Source of the DNA: Athalassotoga sp.
GTDB taxonomy: Bacteria; Thermotogota; Thermotogae; Mesoaciditogales; Mesoaciditogaceae
DNA: 64,000 nt
Direction of reading: 5' to 3'
Assembly (NCBI RefSeq): GCF_049965695.1
Contig: NZ_JBMFWB010000004.1
Span: 13,649 to 77,648 of the forward strand
Below, in pieces: positions 9,399 to 18,572 of this stretch. Each line of letters begins with the position of its first letter. Position 1 is the stretch's first letter. Position numbers and translations under genes: made by a program. The notes beneath the pieces were generated by a model. That model searched no databases. It was given only the letters and a program-made list of their open reading frames with translations, and was not told the origin of the DNA.

Positions 9399-10739
9399 AT
9401 GAAAACTGTTTTCATCGGGGATTTTGGTATGTTGAAATTAAAAGATTATACCGGAGATCTCGTCGAAAGATTTTCCGTTTACGATAAAATAGAAAGCGTG
9501 TTTGAAACTTTAATTGCAGAAAAAAATGATAAGTTTTTGATATTTTTAGATCGTGAATATGCAAACGATGCACAAAAGTTGAAAGACTTTACGATTGCAA
9601 ACAGAATACCTTCAAGAATATTTATAAATGTACCTAAAGCAAATCTTTCCATTAAATCAAGCAGGATAATTTCATTTGATTTTGATCTTTACGGTGGAGT
9701 GGCGGAATTTATTTCAAATATCGAAGCCCAAACATACAGACTTTCAGGAATAAGCAATTTTATAAGACAACTTAGAGAAGACGTGATCTTCTTGTCTTTC
9801 AGCAATAGCAATCTTTTCGTATCAGGAGAAACCGGAACGGGAAAATCGTTGGTGACACAGATAATTCATTTAATTTCCCACAGAAGAGAAAACAGATTTC
9901 TCGAATTGAATTGCGTGAATATGCCTGAAGATTTGCTCGAAAGTGAACTTTTTGGACATACAAAAGGTGCTTTTACAAGTGCATATTCGGAAAAACGTGG
10001 ACTTTTGGAAGAGGCAAACAATGGGACATTGTTTCTTGACGAGATAGGAGAGATGTCACATCACATGCAATCAAAATTGCTGAGGGTCATCGATACCAAA
10101 AAATTCATGCCGATAGGTTCTAACAAAGAAATAAACGTTGATGTCAGATTTTGCGCCGCAACCAATCAGAATCCGCAATTACGCCTTAGAGAAGATCTGT
10201 TTCAAAGGATATCGGAAGCAAAGATAGAAATGATACCTTTGAGAGAAAGGAAAGAAGACATACCATCAATAGTTGATTTCTTTTTGCTATCTTCCAATTA
10301 CAAGATAAGGTTTAAAGATTTTCCTGAAGAAGTAAAACATGCTTTCATGGCTCACAAATACCCTGGCAACATAAGAGAATTAAGAAATATCGTCGCACGC
10401 TTTGTCGAGTTTTCGGAATCTCCTAATTCTGAAAATATTCCCAAATACGATCCGAATGCTTTTGCCAAACAGGAACTAACGGAAAGATTTGTTGCATCGA
10501 TGACAGATCTTTACATGGGCCAAATTGAACCTTTAGAAACAGTCATAAAAAGGATACGTGCAAGACTTGAAAGCGAGATAACAAGACGTGTGCTTAATTC
10601 TTGCGGTTGGGATAAAAATTTGGCCGCAAAAAAGCTGTCTTTAAGTCGGAAGACCATAGATAACATGATAAAAAAATATAATCTTGACAAAAGAAAAGGG
10701 AGAACGACAAAAAAAGCGGATGATAAGAGTACGGTTTAG
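9399..10739 (+). CDS. Sigma-54-interaction-domain AAA+ transcriptional regulator with Fis-type HTH
   Basis: GETGTGKS Walker A, ESELFGHTKGAFTSA, LFLDEIGE, YPGNIRELRN, C-terminal AAKKLSLSRKTI HTH. Confidence 0.88.
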   Translation: MKTVFIGDFGMLKLKDYTGDLVERFSVYDKIESVFETLIAEKNDKFLIFLDREYANDAQKLKDFTIANRIPSRIFINVPKANLSIKSSRIISFDFDLYGGVAEFISNIEAQTYRLSGISNFIRQLREDVIFLSFSNSNLFVSGETGTGKSLVTQIIHLISHRRENRFLELNCVNMPEDLLESELFGHTKGAFTSAYSEKRGLLEEANNGTLFLDEIGEMSHHMQSKLLRVIDTKKFMPIGSNKEINVDVRFCAATNQNPQLRLREDLFQRISEAKIEMIPLRERKEDIPSIVDFFLLSSNYKIRFKDFPEEVKHAFMAHKYPGNIRELRNIVARFVEFSESPNSENIPKYDPNAFAKQELTERFVASMTDLYMGQIEPLETVIKRIRARLESEITRRVLNSCGWDKNLAAKKLSLSRKTIDNMIKKYNLDKRKGRTTKKADDKSTV

Positions 10740-10742
10740 AAT

Positions 10743-10764
10743 AATCCCCCCTTTTGGGGGGATT
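10743..10764. terminator. Intrinsic terminator-like hairpin between convergent genes
   Basis: AATCCCCCC-TTTT-GGGGGGATT perfect stem immediately after the regulator stop. Confidence 0.7.
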
Positions 10765-10821
10765 GAAATTCATTAATTTTTAGAAGGGGTTTTAACAAGT
10801 TAGCCACGGCAATGCTTTCAA

Positions 10822-11595
10822 TTAGAAAGTCACGGCATACCATATTCCGAAAGGATCTTTAAGGTTGTTTCCGCTTACATCTCCGCGATAAGAATCTCTT
10901 ATGAAATAATACAAAGGTTTTCCTTCATAAGATAACTGGCTGCTGCCATCCGGCCTTTTGAAAATTTGAAAGTTAGAGGAATTAAGTCCCGAAGGAACAA
11001 CGATACTTTTCACATTAAAAGCAGGCCAGAAAGAAAGACACATACCATTGCATTTGATTGTACTTGTCGATTCTCCGTCAAGATAATAAAGCGTCATGCC
11101 ATTTGCATCAACAAGGTAATTTCCAAGTTTCGGGTTTGTACCTACCATCACGGTGTAATCTGGTTTCATGACATACCACAACCCTTTTACTCCCTCTCCG
11201 TTCGTGTCGCCAGGCTTTTTATCGTTTATGAAGTAATAAAGTGGCCATCCTTTATAGGCTATTTGTGGTCTGCCGTCTCCACCAGTTACAACTGAGAAAT
11301 CTTTGGGATTTAAACTTGATGGAACAACTATTTTCGAAACGTAAAATGGACTCCAAAAGTCCAAATAAGACCCATTAAACGTTTTTCCATCGACATTTTC
11401 TGTGAAATAATACAAAGTCATGCCATTTGCATCAACAAGGTAATTTCCGATACCGGTTTTGTAAGATACATTTATGGTGTAATTACTCGTAGCATTTGAA
11501 GTGGATTGAGAAGCCGCGCCGGTTGACCATGTTTGCGCCATACCTAAAGCGGTTACAAATATAAACATTAAAGTAACGATTCCAAGTTTCTTCAT
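10822..11595 (-). CDS. Secreted protein with Y-x4-D (Lipoprotein_15/COG4315-type) repeats, internally duplicated
   Basis: AGGAGGT RBS and signal peptide from ATG 11595; two copies of GNYLVDANGMTLYY...WxxF...QxxYxGxPLYYFxxD...GDxxG...WY. Confidence 0.85.
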   Translation of the reverse strand: MKKLGIVTLMFIFVTALGMAQTWSTGAASQSTSNATSNYTINVSYKTGIGNYLVDANGMTLYYFTENVDGKTFNGSYLDFWSPFYVSKIVVPSSLNPKDFSVVTGGDGRPQIAYKGWPLYYFINDKKPGDTNGEGVKGLWYVMKPDYTVMVGTNPKLGNYLVDANGMTLYYLDGESTSTIKCNGMCLSFWPAFNVKSIVVPSGLNSSNFQIFKRPDGSSQLSYEGKPLYYFIRDSYRGDVSGNNLKDPFGIWYAVTF

Positions 11596-11831
11596 TTTAC
11601 ACCTCCTAAATAGGACTACTTTAGTATAGATTATATCACAAATGATTTTCAAAAGCAAGTATACAAATTTCCTCCGATAAAAACACCTTATTACGCTGAT
11701 TTTCCCAATTTTGGATAAATTAGACAGTTTAAATTCGATTTCCTCTTTTTTCATTTGATTATCAAATGTTATCTCACAAAATCGTAGTATAAAAGCAATC
11801 CTAACATAAGCAAGATTTAATTTGTTGTTAA

Positions 11832-11860
11832 TTGACTTCTACTTTGTTAAATGTTAAGAT
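11832..11860 (+). promoter_or_regulatory. Sigma-70-type promoter for the peptide ABC operon leader
   Basis: TTGACT-17 nt-TAAGAT with TG extended -10. Confidence 0.6.
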
Positions 11861-11894
11861 AAACATCAATAAAAAGTAATAAGGCGGTTTTGTT

Positions 11895-12009
11895 ATGATA
11901 ACAGATAATGTTTTTGAAAAATTTGTGGTGATAAACACGAAGACCTAATAGAGTTTTTGATGATTTGCTCTATTAGGCCATGTCAAATTATAAAGCATGG
12001 CTTTTTTTT
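11895..12009 (+). promoter_or_regulatory. Candidate leader-peptide attenuator (uORF MITDNVFEKFVVINTKT, antiterminator, intrinsic terminator)
   Basis: AAGGCGG RBS, ATG 11895 to TAA 11948; CCTAATAGAG (11944-53) pairs with CTCTATTAGG (11968-77), which overlaps the GCCATG/CATGGC-T8 terminator. Confidence 0.6.
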
Positions 12010-12068
12010 ATATATAGAATATTCTCAAGGTGAGGCGGAAGAAATAAAAAATTAAGGAGGTGCTGGTA

Positions 12069-13100
12069 TTGCTGAGTTTTGCGGCAAGAAGGATGTTGCT
12101 TTTACCTGTTACCATTCTCGGTCTCACTTTGTTGATCTTCCTTTTCATGTCTTTTTTGTCTCCGTATGAACTTCTGGCAACTTACGTAAGCGACCCAAGG
12201 CAACTTCAAGGAGGTGCTGCGCAGACTCTCATAAAGCAATATGGCCTTGATCAACCATTTTACGTTAAATACGTTAAATGGATTGATGAGATTATTCATG
12301 GAAAATTTGGATGGTCTGTGACTCTTAACGAACCCGTTTCCGAGGCTATCATGCAAAGGTTCCCCGCAACTCTTGAACTTGCCGTTTATTCTATCATCCC
12401 TATAATATTCATTGGAATATGGCTTGGCGTTACCTCGGCGGTACATCATAACAGATTCATAGATCAGGTTTTAAGAGTTGTTGCACTTATGGGATATTCG
12501 ATTCCGTCCTTTGTTTTAGGCCTTGTAATACTTTTCATATTTTACGGTGTGCTTGGATGGTTGCCTCCGGGTAGATTGGGTATAAGTTTTTCTATGATAT
12601 ATGATTCGGCCGCTTTTCATCACTACACAGGTTTGGTTACCATCGATTCGCTTTTAAATGGCAGATTTTGGATGTTTTTGGATGCGCTGAAACACCTTGT
12701 TGCTCCTATAATGACACTTTCATTCCTTTCATGGGCGGCTCTTCTGAGAATAACCCGATCTTCGATGCTTGAATCTTTAGGACAGGATTACGTGAGAACT
12801 GCCAGGGCAAAAGGGTTGAGCGAGCGTGTCGTGATAAACAAGCATGCAAGAAAAAATGCGTTAATTCCGGCAACAACAGTTGCGGGTTTGATGTTCATAG
12901 GGATATTAGGCGGAGTTGTCATAACCGAAACGATTTTCAACTACCCGGGCATAGGAAGCCTTATGGCTCAGGCATCAGAGCAACTCGATTATGCGACCGT
13001 GCTGGGCATAACTTTGATTTACGGCCTTGTGACAGTCATAGGCAACTTAGTCGTTGATGTCTCTTACGCTTTGATAGATCCAAGAGTTAGATTGGGCTAA
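12069..13100 (+). CDS. oppB: Oligopeptide/dipeptide ABC permease (OppB/DppB type)
   Basis: YGLDQP, RFPATLELA, RITRSSMLE..QDYVRTARAKG EAA loop, DPRVR; AAGGAGG RBS before TTG 12069. Confidence 0.92.
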   Translation: MLSFAARRMLLLPVTILGLTLLIFLFMSFLSPYELLATYVSDPRQLQGGAAQTLIKQYGLDQPFYVKYVKWIDEIIHGKFGWSVTLNEPVSEAIMQRFPATLELAVYSIIPIIFIGIWLGVTSAVHHNRFIDQVLRVVALMGYSIPSFVLGLVILFIFYGVLGWLPPGRLGISFSMIYDSAAFHHYTGLVTIDSLLNGRFWMFLDALKHLVAPIMTLSFLSWAALLRITRSSMLESLGQDYVRTARAKGLSERVVINKHARKNALIPATTVAGLMFIGILGGVVITETIFNYPGIGSLMAQASEQLDYATVLGITLIYGLVTVIGNLVVDVSYALIDPRVRLG

Positions 13101-13121
13101 TTTCGAAAAGTGGTGATGTTT

Positions 13122-14174
13122 ATGCAGGAAGAAATTGAAGAAAGCGTTTTGACAGAAGAATTTGAGGACCAGAACAAAGATGAAAAGACAGATATTCTCT
13201 TGGAAGTTAAAAATCTCAAGAAATACTTCCCGATAAAGGCAGGAGTTTTTAGAAAGACAGTCGGATGGGTGAAAGCCGTCGATGATGTTTCATTTTACAT
13301 AAAAAAAGGTGAAACCTTAGGACTTGTGGGAGAGTCCGGATGTGGAAAAACAACGGCCGGTCAAACTATTTTAAGGCTTATAGAACCAACGGATGGTCAT
13401 GTCTTTTACAACGGCGTTGATCTTTTCAAACTTTCAAAAGGTCAGATGAAAAGATACAGATCAAGGTTACAGATGATCTTCCAGGATCCTTACAGTTCTT
13501 TGGATCCGAGAATGAGAGTCAAGGATATAATAGCGGAAGGTCTTAAATCCGCACACATGGGAAATTTGAGGGAAAGATATGAAAAGGTCAGAGATTACAT
13601 GCAAAGAGTTGGTGTCTCTCCGACTTACATGAACAGATTTCCCCATGAATTCAGTGGAGGTCAAAGGCAAAGGATAGGAATTGCGCGAGCGCTCGTTTTG
13701 AATCCGGAACTGATAGTGGCAGACGAGGCGGTCTCCGCATTGGATGCATCCGTTCAGGCTCAGGTGTTAAACCTTTTGGATGATTTACAGAAAGAATTTC
13801 ATCTTACGTATTTGTTCATAGCCCACAATTTAAGCGTTGTAAGGCATGTAAGTGACAGAATCATAGTGATGTATCTCGGCAAGATAGTTGAAATGGCAGA
13901 CAAGCACGAATTATTCACCAATTCTTTGCATCCTTACACAAAAGCGTTGCTTTCTGCCAATCCGATACCGGATCCGACTGTAAAGCGAAGGGACAGGATA
14001 ATACTGCAGGGAGATGTTCCAAGTCCTGCGAATCCTCCGTCCGGATGCAGATTTCGTACAAGGTGCTGGCTGGCACAACCGGTATGTGCCCAAGAAGAAC
14101 CAAAACTTAAAGAGGTATCACAGGGACATTTTGTAGCATGTCATTTCTGGGAAACAGTCCAGGATCAAAACTAA
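13122..14174 (+). CDS. oppF: Oligopeptide ABC ATP-binding protein (OppF/AppF type)
   Basis: GESGCGKT, FSGGQRQRIGIARAL, HPYTKALL, C-terminal GCRFRTRC...C...ACH. Confidence 0.92.
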   Translation: MQEEIEESVLTEEFEDQNKDEKTDILLEVKNLKKYFPIKAGVFRKTVGWVKAVDDVSFYIKKGETLGLVGESGCGKTTAGQTILRLIEPTDGHVFYNGVDLFKLSKGQMKRYRSRLQMIFQDPYSSLDPRMRVKDIIAEGLKSAHMGNLRERYEKVRDYMQRVGVSPTYMNRFPHEFSGGQRQRIGIARALVLNPELIVADEAVSALDASVQAQVLNLLDDLQKEFHLTYLFIAHNLSVVRHVSDRIIVMYLGKIVEMADKHELFTNSLHPYTKALLSANPIPDPTVKRRDRIILQGDVPSPANPPSGCRFRTRCWLAQPVCAQEEPKLKEVSQGHFVACHFWETVQDQN

Positions 14175-14188
14175 AGGAGGGGTTGAAT

Positions 14189-16048
14189 GTGAGGAAGATT
14201 TTAGTTGCAGTTACAATCGTTTTGATAGGCATTTTTTCGATCGGGATTGCCGAAGCCGTGGTGAATCCGGATACGGTTGTCGAAGATACTTATTACAACA
14301 TCCAAAGTCTTGACCCTGCATGGGTTTCAGATGTTGGATCTGAAGAGGCGATAAGTCAATTCTATGATAACCTCATTCAATATGACGGGACCTCTGTGAC
14401 AAGATTTTTACCTATGTTGTCTACAAATGTGCCTTCAGTTGAAGATGGCACGCTCCTTGACAACGGAACGACTTATATCTTCCATATCAGACAGGGTGTT
14501 TACTTTCACAACGGTGATCTTCTAACACCGCAGGATGTTGTCTATTCTCTCGAAAGGGCAGTGTTATTCGACAGGGCAGGAGGGCCTTCGTGGATGCTTT
14601 CCGAGCCGTTGCTTCCGAAAATAGATGGAAAGTACGTTGATTCGATAACTCAATGGGCTGCCAAACTTGCAGGAGTTAAATCGTGGAATGATCTTTTTGC
14701 AACAGGTACAAAAAATCCTCTCAATGCGTCTTACAAGCAGGCTTTGGTAGATGCATTCAATCTTCTTGCGAAGGACTTTGAGATAAAAGGAAATGATGTC
14801 ATAATTCATCTTCCACATCCTTACGCTCCATTTTTGGCAACACTGGCACATTACAACACATTGACTTCTGTATTGGATGAACAATGGTGTGCAGCGCATA
14901 AGGCATGGGACGGCTCAGCAGACGATTGGTGGTCCTACCACAATCCTACCGTTAACGATGATCCATTCTACAACGTTGAAAATGGAACCGGACCTTTTGA
15001 ACTTGTGAATTGGAGCGGTGGATTGCAGATTACATTCGAAAGATTTGACAAATACTGGGCAGGCCCTGCAAAGATAAAATATGGCGTTATAAACGATGTC
15101 GCTGAATTCACCACAAGAAAACTTGATCTTACAAGGGGACAGGCCGATGTTATAAATGTTTTGGTGCCGTACCTAAGTCAGGTTGAGGGAATTCCAGGGG
15201 TCAAAGTTTACACACATTTGCCAACTTTCGCGATTGATTCGATATTTTTCACGTGGAATGTGAACAATCAGGGAGGAAATCCATACCTTGGATCCGGGAA
15301 ATTAGATGGACATGGCATACCGCCTGACTTTTTCTCCAACAAAGATGTGAGAATGGCCTTTGAATATCTTTTCCCTTACAGTACCTACATAAAACAGGTA
15401 TGGCTTGATCAGGCCTTGATTCCAAACGGAGCCGTCCCGAAAGGATTGCTTGGCTACAATTCGGCCACTCCCACGGCATTCCAGCAGGATCTCGCGAAGG
15501 CTGCGGAATATTTCAAGAAAGCGTACAACGGAGAGTTATGGAACAAAGGCTTTGAATTCACAGCAGTTTACAACACAGGGAACACTCAAAGACAAACCGC
15601 ACTCGAAATGCTTCAATATTACGCGGCACAGGTTAATCCAAAATTCAAAATAGACATAGCAAGTGAATTATGGGCCACGTATTTGAATGATTTAATAATC
15701 AACAGAATTCCTATGTTTATGATCGGATGGACAGGCGGTCCAGATCCATATGACTCGGCACAGCCTTTCTACGGTTCCGGCGGAGCACTTGCGGCATTTC
15801 TTGGATCGAATTACATAGAATGGGCAAGGGAACACATGGATCCACTGCTTTCGGAATCGATGAGCACCACGGATCCACAGAAACGTGCCGAAATCTTTAC
15901 GGAAATGAACACGATAGCGCATGATAACGCACTCTTTCTCTTCACGGACCAGCAGGAAGGCGTAGCGGTGATGCGCACATGGCTTAAAGGATGGGAGTAC
16001 AATCCAATGAGCTTTTTGAGATTGAATTTCTATTCTTTATCTAAATAA
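14189..16048 (+). CDS. Family-5 ABC substrate-binding protein (peptide/nickel type), paralog 1
   Basis: Signal peptide, SLDPA, YIFHIRQGVYFHNG..LTPQDVVYSLER, NGTGPF; AAGGAGG RBS before GTG 14189. Confidence 0.92.
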   Translation: MRKILVAVTIVLIGIFSIGIAEAVVNPDTVVEDTYYNIQSLDPAWVSDVGSEEAISQFYDNLIQYDGTSVTRFLPMLSTNVPSVEDGTLLDNGTTYIFHIRQGVYFHNGDLLTPQDVVYSLERAVLFDRAGGPSWMLSEPLLPKIDGKYVDSITQWAAKLAGVKSWNDLFATGTKNPLNASYKQALVDAFNLLAKDFEIKGNDVIIHLPHPYAPFLATLAHYNTLTSVLDEQWCAAHKAWDGSADDWWSYHNPTVNDDPFYNVENGTGPFELVNWSGGLQITFERFDKYWAGPAKIKYGVINDVAEFTTRKLDLTRGQADVINVLVPYLSQVEGIPGVKVYTHLPTFAIDSIFFTWNVNNQGGNPYLGSGKLDGHGIPPDFFSNKDVRMAFEYLFPYSTYIKQVWLDQALIPNGAVPKGLLGYNSATPTAFQQDLAKAAEYFKKAYNGELWNKGFEFTAVYNTGNTQRQTALEMLQYYAAQVNPKFKIDIASELWATYLNDLIINRIPMFMIGWTGGPDPYDSAQPFYGSGGALAAFLGSNYIEWAREHMDPLLSESMSTTDPQKRAEIFTEMNTIAHDNALFLFTDQQEGVAVMRTWLKGWEYNPMSFLRLNFYSLSK

Positions 16049-16061
16049 GCGGGTGATTTAG

Positions 16062-16946
16062 ATGGAAGAGATCCTCAGGACAGTCAAAAAAATAATGAGA
16101 AACGCAGTTTCACTGTTAGGTGTCGTACTCGTTTCTTTCTTCATAGTGGTGGCAATTTGCGCTCCATTTCTTGCACCTCCATCCTATCCTGGGGATCCTT
16201 ACCAAATGCCAAGAAGCGGCTGGAGCGTTACACCTCAGTCTCCATCTTTACAGAATCCATTCGGAACGACTGAAGGACAATATAACATATATTACGGGGT
16301 TATATGGGGCACAAGGACTGCTTTTAGGGTAGGACTTATAGTGATAGGCTTTGCGCTTACAATAGGGCTTATAATGGGCACGCTTGCGGCTTACTTTGGA
16401 GGCTGGATTGACGAATTGCTAATGAGGATAACGGATATCTTTCTTGCGTTTCCATTTCTTGTAGGTGTCATAGTGCTTGTCACAATTCTCGGACCCGGCT
16501 TAAATCATGTCATGCTTGCGATGATAATTTTCTACTGGATGACCTTTGCAAGACTTATAAGAGGTAGTATTCTTCAGGTCAAAGAAAATCAATATGTGAT
16601 GGCATCGGTTGCGCTTGGGGCGCCGGGATACGGCATCATCGCGCACCATTTGATTCCAAATTCCATATATCCAATCATAATTCAGGTTTCAATGGACATG
16701 GCAACAATTCCTTTACTTGCGGCGGCCTTATCTTTTCTTGGCTTAGGGGCTCCCGTTGGATATGCAGACTGGGGACAACTTGTGGCCTTTTCGAGAAACT
16801 GGATAATATCTTCAAATGGAGGAAATCCTTTTCAATTTTGGTACACAATCTTTTTTCCGGCAATAACCATAGTGCTTTACGCGCTTGGGTGGAATTTGCT
16901 TGGAGACACGTTAAGAGACATTCTTGATCCAAAAATGCTGATATGA
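16062..16946 (+). CDS. oppC: Oligopeptide ABC permease (OppC/DppC type)
   Basis: PFGT, MRITDIFLAFP, ARLIRG...YVMASVALGA, LSFLGLG, GDTLRDILDP. Confidence 0.92.
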   Translation: MEEILRTVKKIMRNAVSLLGVVLVSFFIVVAICAPFLAPPSYPGDPYQMPRSGWSVTPQSPSLQNPFGTTEGQYNIYYGVIWGTRTAFRVGLIVIGFALTIGLIMGTLAAYFGGWIDELLMRITDIFLAFPFLVGVIVLVTILGPGLNHVMLAMIIFYWMTFARLIRGSILQVKENQYVMASVALGAPGYGIIAHHLIPNSIYPIIIQVSMDMATIPLLAAALSFLGLGAPVGYADWGQLVAFSRNWIISSNGGNPFQFWYTIFFPAITIVLYALGWNLLGDTLRDILDPKMLI

Positions 16947-16959
16947 AGGAGAGAACAAC

Positions 16960-18174
16960 ATGTACGTGCTAAATCACATGAATTTGATCGATGGTAACGG
17001 TAACGTGTTAGAAGATGCCGTTGTGATAGTTGAAGGAACGAAGATCCGCGATGTGCGAAAGAACAACGATCATGTGCCGGAAGGGGCTGAAGTTATAGAC
17101 ATGAAAGGATATACAATGCTTCCCGGTATGATAGACGCCCATATGCATTTAGGCGGAAATGGGGAGCCAAACAGAGAACTTGAGATGCTGAAAGAATTGC
17201 TTCCGATGACAACCTTGAAAGCGTATGTTAATGCCAGATCCGATCTTATGGCCGGATTTACGACGATAAGGTCGATGGGAGACAGAGGATTTCTCGATAT
17301 ATCTTTAAAGAAAGCCATAGAAAGTGGTCTGGTGGAAGGGCCAAGGATGAAAGTCTCGGGACAGGCCATTTCTATGACGGGAGGTCATGGTGACAGATGG
17401 CTTGCGCCGGAGGTAAGTGCAAACGGATACGGCGTTATAGCCGATGGTCCGGATGAAATGAGAAAGGCCGCGAGATATCAACTGAAGATGGGTGCGGACG
17501 TTGTGAAGATGATGGCTACCGGCGGAGTTATGTCTGAAGGAGACGAACCCGGATCGCCACAACTTACGGAAGAAGAGATGAGAGCGGCAGTTGAAGAGGC
17601 ACACAAAGTCGGGAAGAAAGCGGCCGCCCATGCACAGGGTACGGAAGGCATAAAAAATGCCATAAGGGCAGGGATCGATTCGATAGAGCATGGAATATTT
17701 TTGGACGATGAAGCCATTGAAATGATGAAAGAGAAAGGAGTGTTTTTGGTCGCCACTCTTGTGGCACCTTATAACATAAAAAAATACGGACGCGAAGCCG
17801 GTATTCCGGAACACGCCGTGAGAAAGACTGAAGAGATAATAAGTTATCATGCGGATAGTTTTTCAAGGGCATACAAAGCCGGTGTGAAGATAGCGATGGG
17901 TACCGATGCCGCCACGCCTTTCAACAAACACGGCGAAAATGCCCAGGAATTGGTTTTGATGGTAGAAAATGGCGCGAAACCCATGGATGCGATAATGGCC
18001 GCAACGAAATGGGGATCACAATTGCTTGGTGTGGAAAAGATCGTGGGCACCGTTGAGGCAGGAAAAGAGGCCGACCTGATAGCCGTAAATGGAGATCCTC
18101 TAAAAGACGTATCTGTTTTGAAAGACGTCAAATTCGTCATGAAAGCCGGAAAGATATACAAGAGATTAGGGTGA
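16960..18174 (+). CDS. Amidohydrolase family protein (Xaa-Pro dipeptidase/carboxypeptidase-like)
   Basis: PGMIDAHMH, KMMATGG, AAHAQG, SIEHG, MGTDA, GKEADLIAV. Confidence 0.92.
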   Translation: MYVLNHMNLIDGNGNVLEDAVVIVEGTKIRDVRKNNDHVPEGAEVIDMKGYTMLPGMIDAHMHLGGNGEPNRELEMLKELLPMTTLKAYVNARSDLMAGFTTIRSMGDRGFLDISLKKAIESGLVEGPRMKVSGQAISMTGGHGDRWLAPEVSANGYGVIADGPDEMRKAARYQLKMGADVVKMMATGGVMSEGDEPGSPQLTEEEMRAAVEEAHKVGKKAAAHAQGTEGIKNAIRAGIDSIEHGIFLDDEAIEMMKEKGVFLVATLVAPYNIKKYGREAGIPEHAVRKTEEIISYHADSFSRAYKAGVKIAMGTDAATPFNKHGENAQELVLMVENGAKPMDAIMAATKWGSQLLGVEKIVGTVEAGKEADLIAVNGDPLKDVSVLKDVKFVMKAGKIYKRLG

Positions 18175-18179
18175 TGGTT

Positions 18180-18371
18180 ATGAAAATGGCATTTGTCGGC
18201 AGGATCATAGACGGTACGGGTAAAGCGCCGTTCGACGGGGTGGTACTCGTAGAGGATGGGAAAATAGGAAAGGTTGGTTCATTTGTTGCAGCGCATGCAG
18301 AAGGCGCAGAAGGCATAAAAAATGCCATAAGGGCAGGATGCCTTGATCAAATAGTGACAAGTGAAGAGTAA
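18180..18371 (+). pseudogene. Internally deleted remnant of a second amidohydrolase
   Basis: N-terminal IIDGTG...VLVEDGKI..VG joined directly to AAHAEGAEGIKNAIRAG; 29 nt (18309-18337) identical to 17644-17672 of the upstream paralog; tail runs into a heptamer array. Confidence 0.8.
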
Positions 18372-18550
18372 ACAGTAAAAGGTTAGAAGTGAACAGTTTT
18401 TCTGATTACGGATCACGCGTTACGCATCACAAATTTCTCTAATCTTTGATCCCTAATCTCTGTTTTTTCTACGTGCCACGAGCCACGCACTACGTGCTGT
18501 TCTGGTACCCGCTGGAGCAATGATTCGGAATTTGAAATTGGTTCAGTATA
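18353..18550. repeat. Intergenic repeat family copy B (heptamer arrays plus TIR-like end)
   Basis: 7-nt periodic runs AGTRAAN x6, GATTACG/GATCACG/CGTTACG/CATCACA, CTCTAAT/CTTTGAT/CCCTAAT, CTACGTG/CCACGAG/CCACGCA/CTACGTG; ends GGAGCAATGATTCGGAATTTGAAATTGGTTCAGTATA. Confidence 0.8.
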
Positions 18551-18572
18551 AATTTCATACGGAGGTGGTTAT

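Noticed and set aside
11870-12010. T-box or known metabolite riboswitch before the opp operon (also considered at 23660-23810 and 56750-56895)
   Set aside because: No T-box GGTGGNACC bulge with specifier stem and no SAM, lysine or glycine aptamer consensus visible by eye; an Rfam scan would be needed to exclude fully.
18353-18550. Possible CRISPR array in the repeat-rich spacers
   Set aside because: No constant 25-40 bp repeat with unique spacers and no cas genes; the periodicity is 7 nt and degenerate.
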